A DNA stretch of 64,000 nt from Octopus sinensis (Eukaryota): the NCBI RefSeq assembly GCF_006345805.1, contig NC_043004.1:59830001-59894000 (forward strand), written 5' to 3'. The notes beneath the pieces were generated by a model that was given only the letters and a program-made list of their open reading frames with translations, did not search any database and was not told where the DNA came from. Of this stretch, positions 26,956 to 40,299 are shown in pieces (the stretch's first letter is position 1; every line of letters starts with the position of its first letter). Made by a program: the position numbers and the translations under genes.

Positions 26956-27775
26956 TAAATATATAAAATAAGTCTACATTAATTTGGATACTCCAGACAT
27001 TCTACAAATCTGATACGTATTGACATTTTTACCTCAACTGTTATGATATCTGAGTAGATATCATAATATGTATACCTTTATATATGTGTATAAAAAACAT
27101 TGATACCTCGCATTATATATTCTACTTTCCTTGCTCTTTCTCCATAACCTAACACATAAAATTTCACATGTCATTTTCTATATGATTTTAAAACTCAATT
27201 CCAATTACAAATAGGGTAATTGTTATTATTGGAAATTCCCTCTAAGTATGCTGAACATGAGAAATCTATTCAATGTTAATAAATAACCTACACACGGATG
27301 GGCAGTGAGTTTGGTGGAATAAACAAGGTATCATTGGAAAATGTCCCAATAAAGGTCATGAGAGGCGAAGACCTTTGTGGTATATCTGGTTTTCGAGTTG
27401 TCAATAGGCTGCATTATTCCAGGTGACATTCAATTCGAGATGTTATATGATATGTAACATCATTGACTTGCCGGTATTACACAGAAACGCATTGTAGCCG
27501 TGCTTCACTATTGAACATTAAATACTAAACTTATTAGATTTGAATGACATTTGTTTGAGGTGTGTTTTAACGGTTATTAAGTAACCAATGCTTTGATGTG
27601 TACACTGTTAAGCAGCTGGTGGGATTGTAAGAAAATGCTATCACATGCAGAACATATGATTTTATTCAAGACTTAGTTTCGCCATTTCTGCCACTTTTGA
27701 ACGGAGCGTGTTTGTTAGTTCTGATGGAACAAAATAGAAGACAGGTAATTAAAAGAGGAGAATAAAAAAGGTTAA

Positions 27776-27878
27776 ATATATAATGAAAACTATATAATGA
27801 AAATTTCATAGAATATAATTAAACTTTCAGAGAATATAATGAAATTTTCTGAGAATATAATGAAATTTTCAGAGAATC
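27776..27878. repeat. Degenerate minisatellite, unit about 21-22 bp (gagaatataatgaaattttca), about 5 copies
   Basis: Direct reading. Confidence 0.8.
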
Positions 27879-28295
27879 ATTTTAGAGGGATATATAGAAA
27901 GTAATATTCTTTATTGACACTGCATGTTTATATTGAAATATTTTAGGGATGTCAGCAGAAAAATTTGTTTTAGTGATAGTTGGATTTATACGAACTCTAT
28001 AAAAAGAAATGTATACAATAATATTGTAGGCAGGCAACGCTTAATTGTATAAATTCTTAATTAGGCTTTGAAATGCTTGAACGTAGGAAGATTTAAGTAT
28101 AATCCGTAATATTTCATAATTAAAATATTCTTCAATTAAAATATGGAGCCTATATTCCCTACTTGTTGGCAAACGACCAACGATATTTTGTTTAATAAGT
28201 TAGTATTGCTCTTGTTACAATTCCTGTATTTTATTGGGTTTATTTTTGGATTAATAGTAATGAAAGTGGAATGAATGCAACTTTTTGTTTTATTT

Positions 28296-28515
28296 AAAGA
28301 CATCTATTTGAATATTGTTAGTTCAAACGCTACCACTGCTAACCCTAACTTCCATGTTTTTTTTTCTATTACAAGAAAATAAATTCTTATAGGGAAAAAC
28401 ATCTTCACCTGACACCGGAAATATTTAATCATCGCGGAGATCTCTCTAGTTGTTTCATAAATTTCGGACAGGTTCTGCAATAACACATACAGGTCTCAAA
28501 GGCTGAGCCATTTTA
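28296..28515. repeat. About 215-bp direct repeat, copy 2
   Basis: Matches 24886-25105. Confidence 0.93.
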
Positions 28516-29599
28516 TTATTCAGGGTTCAAAAATATTTCATCCTTTTTAAGGTACTAGCACACTGCAAGCGTTAAATGTGGTTCACGATGGAATACAACA
28601 AACATACCTGGGTCGGTGCTAATACTACGCACGTAGATATCCTAGGCCACACCCAGGGGGGGGGGCAATCGATTCATTTGCATTCTGTCACTAAAAAGAA
28701 TAATCCTGCATTTGGCCATCTGGCGTAATACCCTCCCTATTTTTTAAATCACTATTATACTAGCATTGGAGGCGGTTGGTTCTCATTGTCTGTGAGCCCA
28801 AACCCCTTGCCCAACTATTGTGCGTAGTCTTTTCTACGTTGAACATCGGCCCTCTGGAAACTTCCCACACATGCGGTTCCAACTGGTGTTTTGACCTGTA
28901 ACATTAAGGGCATATGACTAATCGATTCTAGACATACGGCAAGAGTCATACCAAATGCCCTTTTTATTAGACGTACTCGAGTAAGTAGTAGCGCATTGTA
29001 AAACAAAAATCCTGTGATTTTTACAACAGAAATAACTGTATTAGTATGGACAGGTAATATTTATAGATGTTATATGGTGAGTAAGGAAGAGATAAGGTGG
29101 AATGGAATCCCAGTGAAGGATCAAAATAGTATTCAAAAGTGTTGTGGTGTGAGATCCAAGAGGAAAGTTTGTAAGTACATGAAGTTGACCGAGTATTATC
29201 AGAATAATTGGAGAAATATCATATTTCAACTACTTTATCATTGACAAACGGGCAAAAAAATATGAGAAAATCAACATGAATCGGGATGTTTATGATGATG
29301 ACGTGGAAAACAATGGTAAGGCGGCGAAATATCTTTAGTAAATACTTCGTGTTTTTGTTGAAACTTTTGGTTTGTATCCGTTGCAAAATTTGTTTCGGTG
29401 ATAACTTTATGCAGTTGAGTGCCTTTGTACTCTGTGCAACAAGTAAGACGATGGCTTATCACAATTAACAGGCGTCGTATAACAGTAATAGAGACGACTT
29501 ACCAAAGGCTTTCAAGTCGGAATTTTAACTAGTATCCGAAATGATATTGGTTCCAAATACTGGAAAGAGCACAATAATTTTGATGGAGCGTATATGTCG

Positions 29600-29752
29600 A
29601 TTACATCGACGCCAGTACTTAACTAGTATTATTTTATCGATTCTGGAACGATGAAATGCAAAGTGAACCTCGATGGAATTTGAACTAGGTATGCATGAAA
29701 TGTTGCTAGGCGTTTTAACGTCCATACTAACGATTCTGCCTGCTCATCGGTT
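29600..29752 (-). mobile_element. S3 SINE, degenerate
   Basis: gtcgattacatcgacgccagt...gcaaagtgaacctcgatggaatttgaact...actaacgattctgcc. Confidence 0.72.
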
Positions 29753-30557
29753 TAGAATCCGAAATAATATTACATATTTAAAATATTTAATTAAAACTAA
29801 GAATCTTACTATTTTTTTACTATCTTAGCATGCAATAACTTGTTTAATAAAATGGTGCCTCTTTGATTAAATTTGGTTTTGATGAATTGAGAGTAAGGGA
29901 ATCGGAACAATCAATCATGTAGCTGCATTCAAAACAACCCATCCCGTGTTGGGAATTTAAATCATACCACTGCCGGTTTCAAGATTAAAGCTTCCCTTTC
30001 AATGAAATACAATATATATCAATAGAGAAGAGAAATAGGTTCCGCCGATTTCGAAAACAAAAATATATTATAGAAGAAATTTGAATTCAGAACGTCAAAG
30101 ATCATAGAGAATTACTTCATCTCGTCCTATTAGTGTTCCCCAGATTCTTCCCTCTGTATTCCAGTTTATCTCCGTGTTTGCGTAAAGGGAGTTGCTGATA
30201 ACTACAGAAGCAATTCTGCAATGTTTATCAGATATACAGCCATGATATTATGGATAAGTAAAGTGTGTAGATAACACTTAACACGTAACAAAGAGGTCAC
30301 ATGGAAACACTCGAAGTTCATCAATGGAATATTAAGGATCATTCTGTTAATTGTGATCCAAGAAGAATGGAAGCAGTATGGATATGATTTTAGATATAAT
30401 ATAGTGGAGGGCAAGAGAAAATTATGAAGAACAGCATTAGTCTATCAGAAATAAAATTGCATATAATCGATCACAAAAGCTATTTAACCTCAATAAGAAC
30501 TTTGATAGTGTTTCTGAGGAAGCGTCTTACCGGCTTTGCTCCAGAGATATATATATA

Positions 30558-31000
30558 TATATATTAATAAATAAAACATATGCATATATATATATACATA
30601 TATGTACGTACCTGCCTCTACATGTAGAGATACACGCATATAAGGGTACAGGACACCAAAAAAAAAAACGCCGAACACAATGCGGAACGAAAATATAAAC
30701 ACAAAACCAAGGAAATGGACATTTTTCTTAAACAACGAAAAAATAGAGTACAGGACAAATTATTTGTCCTGTACTCTATTTTATTGTTGTTTAAGGAAAA
30801 TGTCCATTTCCTTGGTTTTGTGTTCATATTTTCGTTCCTCATTGTGTTCAGCGTTTTTTTTGGTGTCCTGTACCCTTATATGCGTGTATATCTACATGTA
30901 GAGGCAGGTACGTACATATATGTATATATATATGCATATGTTTTATTTATTAATATATTATATGACAGAACGCACGCATCCATTTCTAAGTAAGATTGTT
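30558..31000. mobile_element. Palindromic (fold-back) copy of a (TA)n-flanked repeat family P1, Penelope-like by inference
   Basis: Arms 30558-30760 and 30762-30958 are near-perfect reverse complements around one T at 30761; the same sequence occurs at 46640-46890 (+) and 60753-60930 (-). Confidence 0.8.
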
Positions 31001-31015
31001 CTTGATATATATATA

Positions 31016-31067
<52 letters not shown>

Positions 31068-31469
31068 GCGTAGATTTTTTCCTTTCGAGAGGTTATGGCA
31101 ATTATTACGTCATAAAAGTAACATTCCATCAGTAAATTATATTTCGTTTCTAAGTGAAAGACTATATCGACATGAAACAGAATCCTAATTATATGATGTC
31201 ATAAAGTGATATTGATTTATTTTTCTCATCGACTTCTATCAAGAAATTGATCGGGAAGTGCTATAGTTAATAGAATCCTCCTCAAATTTCCTCACAATTT
31301 TATCGACTCTCACTAGGATGAGGAGTTTTGTAAACCTGTGTGGAAATGGAGCTCAGCATTAAATAATTCCAGTGAATATTCAATATTGAGGGCAATATCT
31401 GTGAACACGATGAAGTTATTGAATTAATGTACATGAATTAGTTTCGAGTTTTGATTTCAAAACTAGATG

Positions 31470-31727
31470 TGCTTGCTTGATTGCTTGTTTCATGCTCTAG
31501 CTTGAAGAGGCTAGAGACATGCCAGATTGGGGACCCAAAGGCTTCATAATACGTAGAGCCCACCAAGTCCAGGAGTACTCTCCAACAATGGGGACACCGT
31601 GCCAGCACTTCTGCATCGAGACGCTGGAGATTTTCCTTAATCAGCTCCAACCATCTGGTAAGGGCCTTCCATGAGGACTTTTCCAGCCCTCAGTAACTGC
31701 ACTGAATGAGAGTGAAGACTTGGTAAG
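31470..31727 (-). mobile_element. RTE-clade LINE 3' fragment with (CAAG)n-like tail
   Basis: Minus translation resembles the RTE C-terminus: GWKSPHGRP..RWLELIKENLQ...LARCPHCWRVLLDLVGST; tail caagcaatcaagcaagc. Confidence 0.7.
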
Positions 31728-31729
31728 GT

Positions 31730-31730
31730 G

Positions 31731-31810
<80 letters not shown>

Positions 31811-31811
31811 G

Positions 31812-31902
<91 letters not shown>

Positions 31903-31903
31903 G

Positions 31904-31936
<33 letters not shown>
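31730..31936. repeat. (TATC)n microsatellite
   Basis: Direct reading. Confidence 0.98.
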
Positions 31937-32086
31937 ATGATTAGGTCGCTCTTTCTATCTCTCTCTATTATTCTCTCTCTCTTCATCTCTCTATATATGC
32001 ATGCATATATGTATGTATATGTACACACACACACACACACACATACACACACACACACACATACACAGACACACACACATACACAG

Positions 32087-32132
<46 letters not shown>

Positions 32133-32212
32133 CAATATGTGATCTCTTGAGCACCACCAGCAAAAATATTTTTTTCCTCTGTCTTCCCTTCTCGGGATCT
32201 TTCCTTCTCCTT

Positions 32213-32247
32213 GTTTCCGACGAAGAGCTCCGCTCGAAACGTTAAAC
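32213..32247 (+). ncRNA. Minimal type I hammerhead ribozyme motif (Penelope-like), U4>C variant
   Basis: GTTT-CCGACGA-A-GAGC-TCC-GCTC-GAAAC-GTT-AAAC: stem I GTTT/AAAC, stem II GAGC/GCTC, palindromic AACGTT stem III. Confidence 0.65.
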
Positions 32248-32503
32248 CCTCCTTCTTCCCTTCTTTCCTGAGCGTCAAATAATACTTTAATTGTTCCACG
32301 TCCTCGCGTTGCTGTGTTTTTTTCTGTGCTTTTTTCTGTGTTTTCTTGTTTGGATTAACTATATATATTATATATATATATGTGTATCTATATATACATG
32401 GGTACAGGACGACATAACTGTAAATAACATAAAGTACGAAAACAAAAGAGTTGATCACATAAACAACGAGAGAAACAAATGGAAAACAGGACAGGTAACA
32501 CAG

Positions 32504-32551
32504 TATGTATGTATGTATGTATGTATGTATGTATGTATGTATGTATGTATG
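32504..32551. repeat. (TATG)n microsatellite
   Basis: Direct reading. Confidence 0.97.
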
Positions 32552-33120
32552 GCCACTTTCGAGTGCTACTGGTAACATGTAACTCAGTACAACCTGTTGC
32601 ATGATCGGGCCGTCGGCGACTAAACCGGCATCTCCACCAAGCTTGCTTGGTGAGGAGGGTGTTTATTGGACAACCTGCATGATAAAAAACAAAACCCGTC
32701 AAAGGGCGGAGGAACACTTGAGAGTCAACGGCCATCCAATAAATGTGTACTTTTTTTCTTAAGGCTTAAGGCTGTATCATGCGCGGGGACATAGAAACAA
32801 TCGGAGTAAATACCTGATCGCGCGGTTAAACCATTGGAAGTGAAGAACTCCTAGCCTTTGTTAGGGCATCCTTCTAGGAGAAGGTAACTCAGGTAACTGG
32901 GATAACTCCGACATAAAACCTGCGGCTCAGTGGTTACCAATGATGTTGACTTGTTCTTCTTTTCGGATCGTGGCTGTTGTTGCTTAGTGAGTGCACAGCC
33001 TTTATTCACTTAAAAAAATATAATCCTGCACAGGCATTGCACGATAACACCATTGTTCATGATTGTTGATGGTGCTGTGAGACTCAGCTGAATGGCTGGC
33101 TGTAGCCTTAAAATTCAAAT
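32551..33120 (+). mobile_element. Probable RTE-type LINE 5'UTR relic
   Basis: GC-richer block starting sharply after (TATG)n. Contains ggcatccttctaggagaaggtaactc...cataaaacc, a motif I associate with RTE 5' regions. No ORF. Confidence 0.38.
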
Positions 33121-33530
33121 AAAAGTCACATTCGATCACAGCACCAATAACAGTTAAGCTTCGTGCAATGGCCATACTCGATAACGAGGGGGCAGCCATC
33201 ATCATCTATATATATATTTATATATATGTATGTATATCTATATATACACATATATAAATGTATATATATATATGTATATATATATGCATATATATGCATA
33301 TATATATATTTATATATATATATATATATGTTTATGTATATATATGTTTGTATATATATGTATGTATATATACATATAAACATATATATATGTATCTATA
33401 TCTATATATATGTACACACATAGAATTGAGAATATATTTCCTATATATATGCTGTAACTATATGAAATGAATACAAAAATTAAACTGTCGCTATTGTTTG
33501 TCATCTATAAAATTAATGAACCGGTCGTAT

Positions 33531-33693
33531 GCGCAGTAGTGGCTGTGTGGTAAGTAGCTTGCTTACCAAACACATGGTCCAGGGTTCAGTCCCACTGCGT
33601 GGCACATTGGGCAAGTGTTTTCTACTATAGCTCCGGGCCGACCATAGCCTTGTGAGTGGATTTTGTAGACGGAAACTGAAAGAAGCCCGTCGT

Positions 33694-33748
<55 letters not shown>

Positions 33749-34272
33749 AAATATTATTAGAGACAAAACCACTATTTTGCAAAACAAACAAGGAAAGACT
33801 TAATCAATACATAAAATTTTAATAAATAGTCAAAAAACCGCCACTACAATTTGAAACTGACTTATTGGAAGTCCACCTGAAGATTGTAGTGGCGGTTTTT
33901 TGACTATTTATTAAAATTTTATGTATTGATTAAGTCTTTCCTTGTTTGTTTTGCAAAATAGTGGTTTTGTCTCTAATAATATTTTATAATATTTTACTAT
34001 AAAATTGGATTTAATCCTAAATCTGATTTTTTCCCTGTAAATTTGGATTTATTCCCTAATATTTATTACGTATATATATATATATGTGCGTGTATGTGTG
34101 TGTGTGACAACCGATGCTGGTGTGTTTACATCCCCGTAACTTAGCGGTTCAACAAAAAGAGACCGATAGTATAAGTACTAGGCTTACAAAGAATAGGTCC
34201 TGGGGTCGATTTGCGCGACTAAAGGCGGTACTCCAGCATGTCCGTAGTCAAATGAGCGAAACAAGTAAAAGA
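33531..34272 (+). mobile_element. S1 SINE split at its internal (TA)n by a 330-bp fold-back insertion
   Basis: Head 33531-33692, tail 34106-34272 (gacaaccgatgctgg...acaagtaaaagag), insertion 33745-34075. Confidence 0.9.
33745..33988. repeat. Perfect 106-bp inverted repeat with 32-bp spacer
   Basis: 33745-33850 is the reverse complement of 33883-33988. Confidence 0.97.
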
Positions 34273-34454
34273 GGTCTTAGACAAATCGGATCGATTTCCA
34301 ATATAGCTTAAAATTTTGTATATAGTTTTCCAAACCATTGACGAAGTAGACTTCTATATTTTGAATGGATTAAATTTTTATAATTTTTATAATTGCCTTC
34401 TTGAATTTTTACAATTTTTTTTGTAGTTCTCTTTAGCAAATACGTTTTATCTTT

Positions 34455-34830
34455 CAATCGATTCAGTCATTGAACTGCCGCAATACTGGAGCACACCTTG
34501 CAGGGTTTTGTGGAACAAGTCAGTCCAGTACGTATTTTAAAGCATGGTACTAGTTCTGTTTTACATTTTTGCTGAAACGCTAGCTAGGGAGGATGTAAAC
34601 AAACCAACACCTATTGTCAAGAGATGGTGGAAAGTGGCAAACAGGAATGAAGATAATCACACACATACATATATGTGGATGTGTGTTTACGACGGGCTTC
34701 CACACCATCTCCGCCTACAAAATTCACTCGCAAGGCATTTTTATACCAGGGCAATAGTAGAAGGCACTTGCTCAAGATTATACGCAATGTGGCTGAACCT
34801 GAAACCCCGTTACTGCGAATCAAGCTTCGT
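34455..34830 (-). mobile_element. S1-related SINE, old and diverged
   Basis: attcagtcattgaactgccgcaatactggagcac...tacgacgggcttc...aaattcactcgcaaggc...gaaggcacttgctcaag. Confidence 0.72.
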
Positions 34831-36607
34831 GACGTCAATTTAAAGCCCCATTGAAGAAGAAATTAAATTTTGTGTAAAATTATCGAGAATGAATACAATT
34901 ATTACTGATTGAAGCATTATTAATTTCAAGGAAATACGTGCTTGTAATATTTCTAAAACGAATTATATGATTGTTTACAAAATAATGAGCTTTCGTTTGG
35001 TAAAATTAGAAGCAATAACAGCAGGAAATATTCCTAATGAGTAACGACGTAGGTTAACTAATGCAGATTTTGACGGAATAATTAAAGACACATTGAAATG
35101 CGTTTTGATTTCGGTACTCCACCTGCACAAAAGTCTACGGTAGCTACCAATGTATTTCATTAAGTTCCAGACGTTATCCTTTGCTATTGATTGAGACACC
35201 GATTGCAATGCGTTTTAGATCATATTACAAATGAAATCACTGAAATTGGCTATTTCGAGTTTTTGTGGGAATAAGATTTATGTTATTTGTCGGAAATTTA
35301 ATAATAAACGTCAGCTGCAGCTTAAAACAAATTGCGGCAGAGTTATTGTATTAGTTAAAATAGGCTGTACTTCCGATCCTTGGTGAGATTCTTGTAGCCT
35401 CCCTACTGCTAAAATTTGTTCATCCTTTTTGACAGACACATTATACAACTTCCTCCAAAGATGAGAAGTTTTCTGCAATGGAAAACTATTGAAACTAAAT
35501 CAATTATAGAGAATTGGCGCCGATGATTGACGTTTGGGGTAAACAATCATTAATATGAAATGTATTAGAAAGAAGACAATTGAGCTTTGAAAAAGGCAGA
35601 TGAAATTCATCAGTCGCACAATTAATTTGTTTATACAATTAAAAATAGTTGTGATGTTCATAAAAATGAAATTAATGGACTAACATCAACTGATGCTTTC
35701 AAATGCTCAAAATTTGAAGACGCGAAAGCATTAATGGGCTGCATAATTGATCAAACGAAGAAAACGTAATTGAAACCACAACACGATCAAAAGGGCTGAT
35801 ATTAAAACACATGCATACACACATATATACATTTATATATGAATACATACATGGATACACAAAAACACACACACACATATATATATAAACATGTACACAC
35901 ACTCATGTATATATATGTGCGTGTGTGCGTGTGTGTGTGTGCGCGCGTGTGTTTGTGTGTTGGTACGCTTACACGTGAACACATTTCCATATGTGTGCGT
36001 ATCTGTGTATATACTGGTGAGATTTTATACTACACATCGTTGAAAATGAGTGACGTGTGTGGTTTGTTGGGAAATCATAGAAGAACAGAGGCACGAATTC
36101 AAGAAATAACCAAAACCTAATACTTACTCGAATTGTATTCATATTCCTATACGTTATACGAGCAGGTGTTAAATGGGATGGCGTGAAAGGGGTACCATCC
36201 CGATATGGGATATTAAACCAGATGGAGTACATCATTGTTCTGATTTGGGCAAAATTGATTTGATTCATAGAATAAAGAAAGGGGTGAGAGAGAAGGAGAG
36301 AGAGAGAGAAACGGATATAGAGAGAAACAATCCGTAACTGTCCTACTCTGATACGTTAATATTTTATATTTCCTTCAGTTATTAAACTGGAGCCAAATAC
36401 AAATACATGTTCACACACACCTACCTACATACATATATGTATTCATAAACACACACATACAAATAAACATACACAAACATACACACACAAACTCATATTG
36501 ATACATGTTTCAAAAATGTAGAAAAAACATATTCAAGAAAAGAAAGACAGGTGTAAGAACAATAAACAAAGTGTATTAATACATCACTCAGGAAAAAAAT
36601 TAGAAGA

Positions 36608-36643
36608 CTTTAACGTTTCGAGTTTACGCTCTTCTACACAAAG
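36608..36643 (-). ncRNA. Degenerate minimal hammerhead motif homologous to 32213-32247
   Basis: Minus: CTTT-GTGTAGA-A-GAGC-GTAA-ACTC-GAAAC-GTT-AAAG; downstream tttcctgag...taatac is shared with the 32.2-kb copy. Confidence 0.5.
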
Positions 36644-36981
36644 AAACGAGGAGGGAAAACAGATGCAGAGAGGGAAATCTGGAGAAGAAAAAAGAAGCAA
36701 ACAAACTGAATTCCCGCTGTTACATTCTGGAGAGACCAGAAAGAAAGAACTGCCAGGAGGCGTGGGGGCGGACAAGTGTGTGTGTGTGTGTGTGTATGTA
36801 GATAATGTGTGCGTGTACCAAATTCACTCACATGCCCTAGACAGGCCTGGTGATATAAAAGAAAACGATTACCCTTAAGTGCTGTGTGAAGAAGAAGAAA
36901 CACACAACAAGTAAATCGAAATTAGGTTTGCCGAAGTAGAAAAAATGGCTCTGTTTCTTTGGTGAATATTATTTGAATAAA

Positions 36982-37270
36982 GAGGCGGTGTGCTGGCAGA
37001 ATCGTTATCGTGCCGGAAAAATGCCTAGCAGCAATTCTCCTGAATTTATTTTCAAGGCCGCCAGCTCGCAGAATAGTTAGCATGCTGGACAAAACACTTA
37101 ACAGTATTTCGCTCGTCACTACATTCTGAGTTCAAATTCTGTTGAGGTTGACTTTGGTTTTCATCCTTTCAGGATAGATAGATAAAGTACGAATGAAAAA
37201 CTGGGGTCGATGTGATCGACTAGTCCCTTCCCCGAAAATTGGAGGTCTTGTGCCTCAAGTAGAAAGAATT
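36982..37270 (+). mobile_element. S3 SINE, near full length with internal extra segment
   Basis: gaggcggtgtgctggcagaatcgttatcgtgccgg...ttctgagttcaaattctg...tcatcctttcagg...ctggggtcgatg...gtgcctcaagtagaaag. Confidence 0.85.
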
Positions 37271-39080
37271 ATTTAAATAGATAAATATTGAGTATAATAA
37301 CTAAAGGCATATCAAGAAGAGATACCTGATTTACATGGAATTCCTCGCCATCCCATTACAAATTTTGGTCTATATATAGGGTATCCTACTACTATCTATG
37401 CCTTCTGCTGGAGTGATTTATGTACTGCAGAGTGAGTAAATGATAGTTTAATTCGATTTCGTAAGACATCTACTCAGTCACTCCGTAACTCTCCTCCTGT
37501 CCTCATTTGTCGCCAATATTGTGTGTAAACGCACCGAAGGAATGAAATCGTCCTCGGTCGAATGCTTGCAATAGAGTGATCTTCTCTAAAGAAAGAGTAA
37601 GTTGAAGAAATCTTTAGAACATCTTTGATGATGCCTCACGGCACTTATTCTGCCACGCTGCTGCATAAGTTCCAGTCCTGTTGAGAACAAATTTATTCTT
37701 CGTTATAACGGGTTCGATAATATAGTACAAATCTTCAATTTTTTGGAATTAGTGGAAATGTATGAACGCTGGACCTTAAAATATTTGTTTTTGTTCTCAT
37801 TATTTAAAGCTCAAATCCCACCGACTTACTGGGCTGGTAGGCTTAATCCGTTGTTCTATTTTGCATCACAACACAGCGTCTTGCTTGCTTTCAGTAAAGC
37901 CTACTTAGAATTAAGTAGTCAGGCCAGGTGTTCGATTTTAGGGTACTATGCATCTTCTCTTTCTCCTACGAATTTCGGAGGTCTTACAAAAATATCATCC
38001 CGACTAAAAATTAAAAGAAAGATGGACGTCGAAATATATTGAACACACCTCGGTGGGCCTCGATTTTAAATAGATCATTTATTCGTTATCTCCTAAGTTA
38101 ATAATATCAGTGTGTAGGATTACAATCACAAAGGCTCCAACGATCTTTGACACTTGATAAGAGAAGTTCAATTACGTAATGAAATACAAGTCACCTAGAA
38201 ATCAAAAGGTAATAAAGTTACAAATTTACGTTACAATATATTCAATTAAATATTCTATCCTGTTCTTCACCGTATCCTGTGCTTTCTATCTGAGTTTATG
38301 CAGTGAATGAAACAGCAACATTTAATATTACCGTTCATCGAATCAACTGATCAATGTTTAGTTATGCTACATCACACGACTAAACTCTTGAGCATTAAGC
38401 GCTTACAATGCTAGAGGCAATAATTAGCGAGCTAATGTCAATTTTGTTTAATTAAATTCCGGTAAATGCTTAGCAGAATACGCATTTACGCAAGATCGTA
38501 TTCTTTTGCTGTGTGGCTCAATCATGGAGTGGACGGAATAGAATTAAATATAAAGGAAGACAATTATTCAGCTGGAGAAAATTTGACCAGAGGGCAAAGG
38601 GAAAAGGAAGTGAGGCGAGAAAAGAAAGTGGAACATCTAGGGGAAAAGGGTGTGCTTGAGGAAAAGATCTATGGAATAGCTAGTTTGGAGAGCCATAGAA
38701 GAGACAAATATTATAATGAAAGTGTGAAATATGTTGACGAATTTACTTCAGCGATCATCTACTGTGACCATATTAGCTGCAACCTTAGAGCGTCAAACAA
38801 ATTGTCAATCACTATTTATTCTGACTACTTACGTTCGGTGTTCAAATCTCACTGAGGTAAACATAGTCATTCAAATTTCGTGATTACTAAAATATACCAG
38901 TCAACAACTGGGGTTCATTTATTCGACTCAGCGTCGCAATAAACTGTCCACCATCTTTTGTTCTCAAGAAGGCATGTACTTCAGATTTTCACATACAGCT
39001 CCATCATCGCTGACGCCTATCGGCATGGTATACGAATATGGACGTGTGCTATATAGTTGTATACGTACGCAAATACCCAT

Positions 39081-39242
39081 ATATACGACAGGCTTCTTTC
39101 AGTTTCCGTCTACCAAATCCACTCACAAGGCATTGGTCGGCCCGGGGCTATAGCAGAAGACACTTGCCCAAGATGCCACGCAGTGGGACTGAACCCGGAA
39201 CCATGTGGTTGGTTAGCAAGCTACTTGCCACACAGCCACTCC
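39081..39242 (-). mobile_element. S1 SINE 5' half
   Basis: cgacaggcttctttcagtttccgtctacc...gccacacagccactcc. Confidence 0.9.
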
Positions 39243-39842
39243 ATGATTAATCGAAACATTTTAAATTACCTGTTATCTCCTCCATACAATACTAAATTGT
39301 TATCTATCAGAAACAATTCGATTCCCTACGAATGTATTGTCCCATTCCTTCTTAAGAGATATAATCTTGTTACAATGCAGCAGAAACTGGTGATTCCTAA
39401 AGGTATGAATTTGGACAGGTGGTAGCAAATTGTGAAAGGAAAAGTCTGCATTTTTCCAAGGATTTCTGTCCATCACATAGATGCATTTGCTGCAATTTTC
39501 CTAGAGCGACATTGTCAAAATGGTAATCTGTTTTCAACGTTAACTGAATGGGTGTATTTTCGCTTGTCCGTTTAAACTTATGCCGAGTTTCACAGTCATG
39601 TTTATAAATAGATAGTTTCCACTTCTCTCATGAATGGTTATCTATAGCACAATCAGTCATTCTGTCACTCTTATATCTCTCATTTTATATAATCACAACC
39701 TCTCAGAAAAAAGACAAACCCACACAGGAGTTGCAAATATATATGTATATGAATGTGTGCGTGTGTGTGTAGTTAGAATATTTATATATTTGTGTATATA
39801 TATATATATATATGCATATGTGTGCGTGTGTTGATGGTTTTG

Positions 39843-39881
<39 letters not shown>

Positions 39882-40299
39882 ATATATACATACACACGTG
39901 CATACATACAATCATGCATACATATATACATTCATTCAAACTTCTATATATATAAAACATATATTACAAGCATACATATAACACATCTGTAGCAGTTCAA
40001 AAAACTTTCTACTAACTCTCAGTCACTAATTGGTAGCAAACAAACAAAAAATCAGTACGTACTACATCGTTAAAAGAGACCTTAATGGTTTCTAAGTCTT
40101 CATCAAACGTCTGCGATATATAATTGAATTTCAGGAAAAATAGTATTGATTTATATTTTTAACGATCATATATTTTTTTTTAAGCTTTAAAATTATCTAT
40201 CCTTAAAAGAGATAGGTCACACACTTTCAGAGATTTTGATATTTATACATTCATGCACATATTTGCATATATAAAGACTTATCCAGACATAAACACAAA

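Noticed and set aside
28760-29000. Possible exon(s) in a GC-richer patch
   Set aside because: Candidate splice sites on both strands give short frames with no recognisable product
32551-32630. HDV-like ribozyme at the start of the putative RTE 5'UTR (GGCC...GGGCC, CTAA-ACCGG)
   Set aside because: Too few nucleotides for P3/L3 and a mismatched P2; would need a family consensus and an RNAMotif search
38466-38855. 129-aa purine-rich ORF
   Set aside because: No recognisable domain, no clear splice boundaries, composition-driven openness
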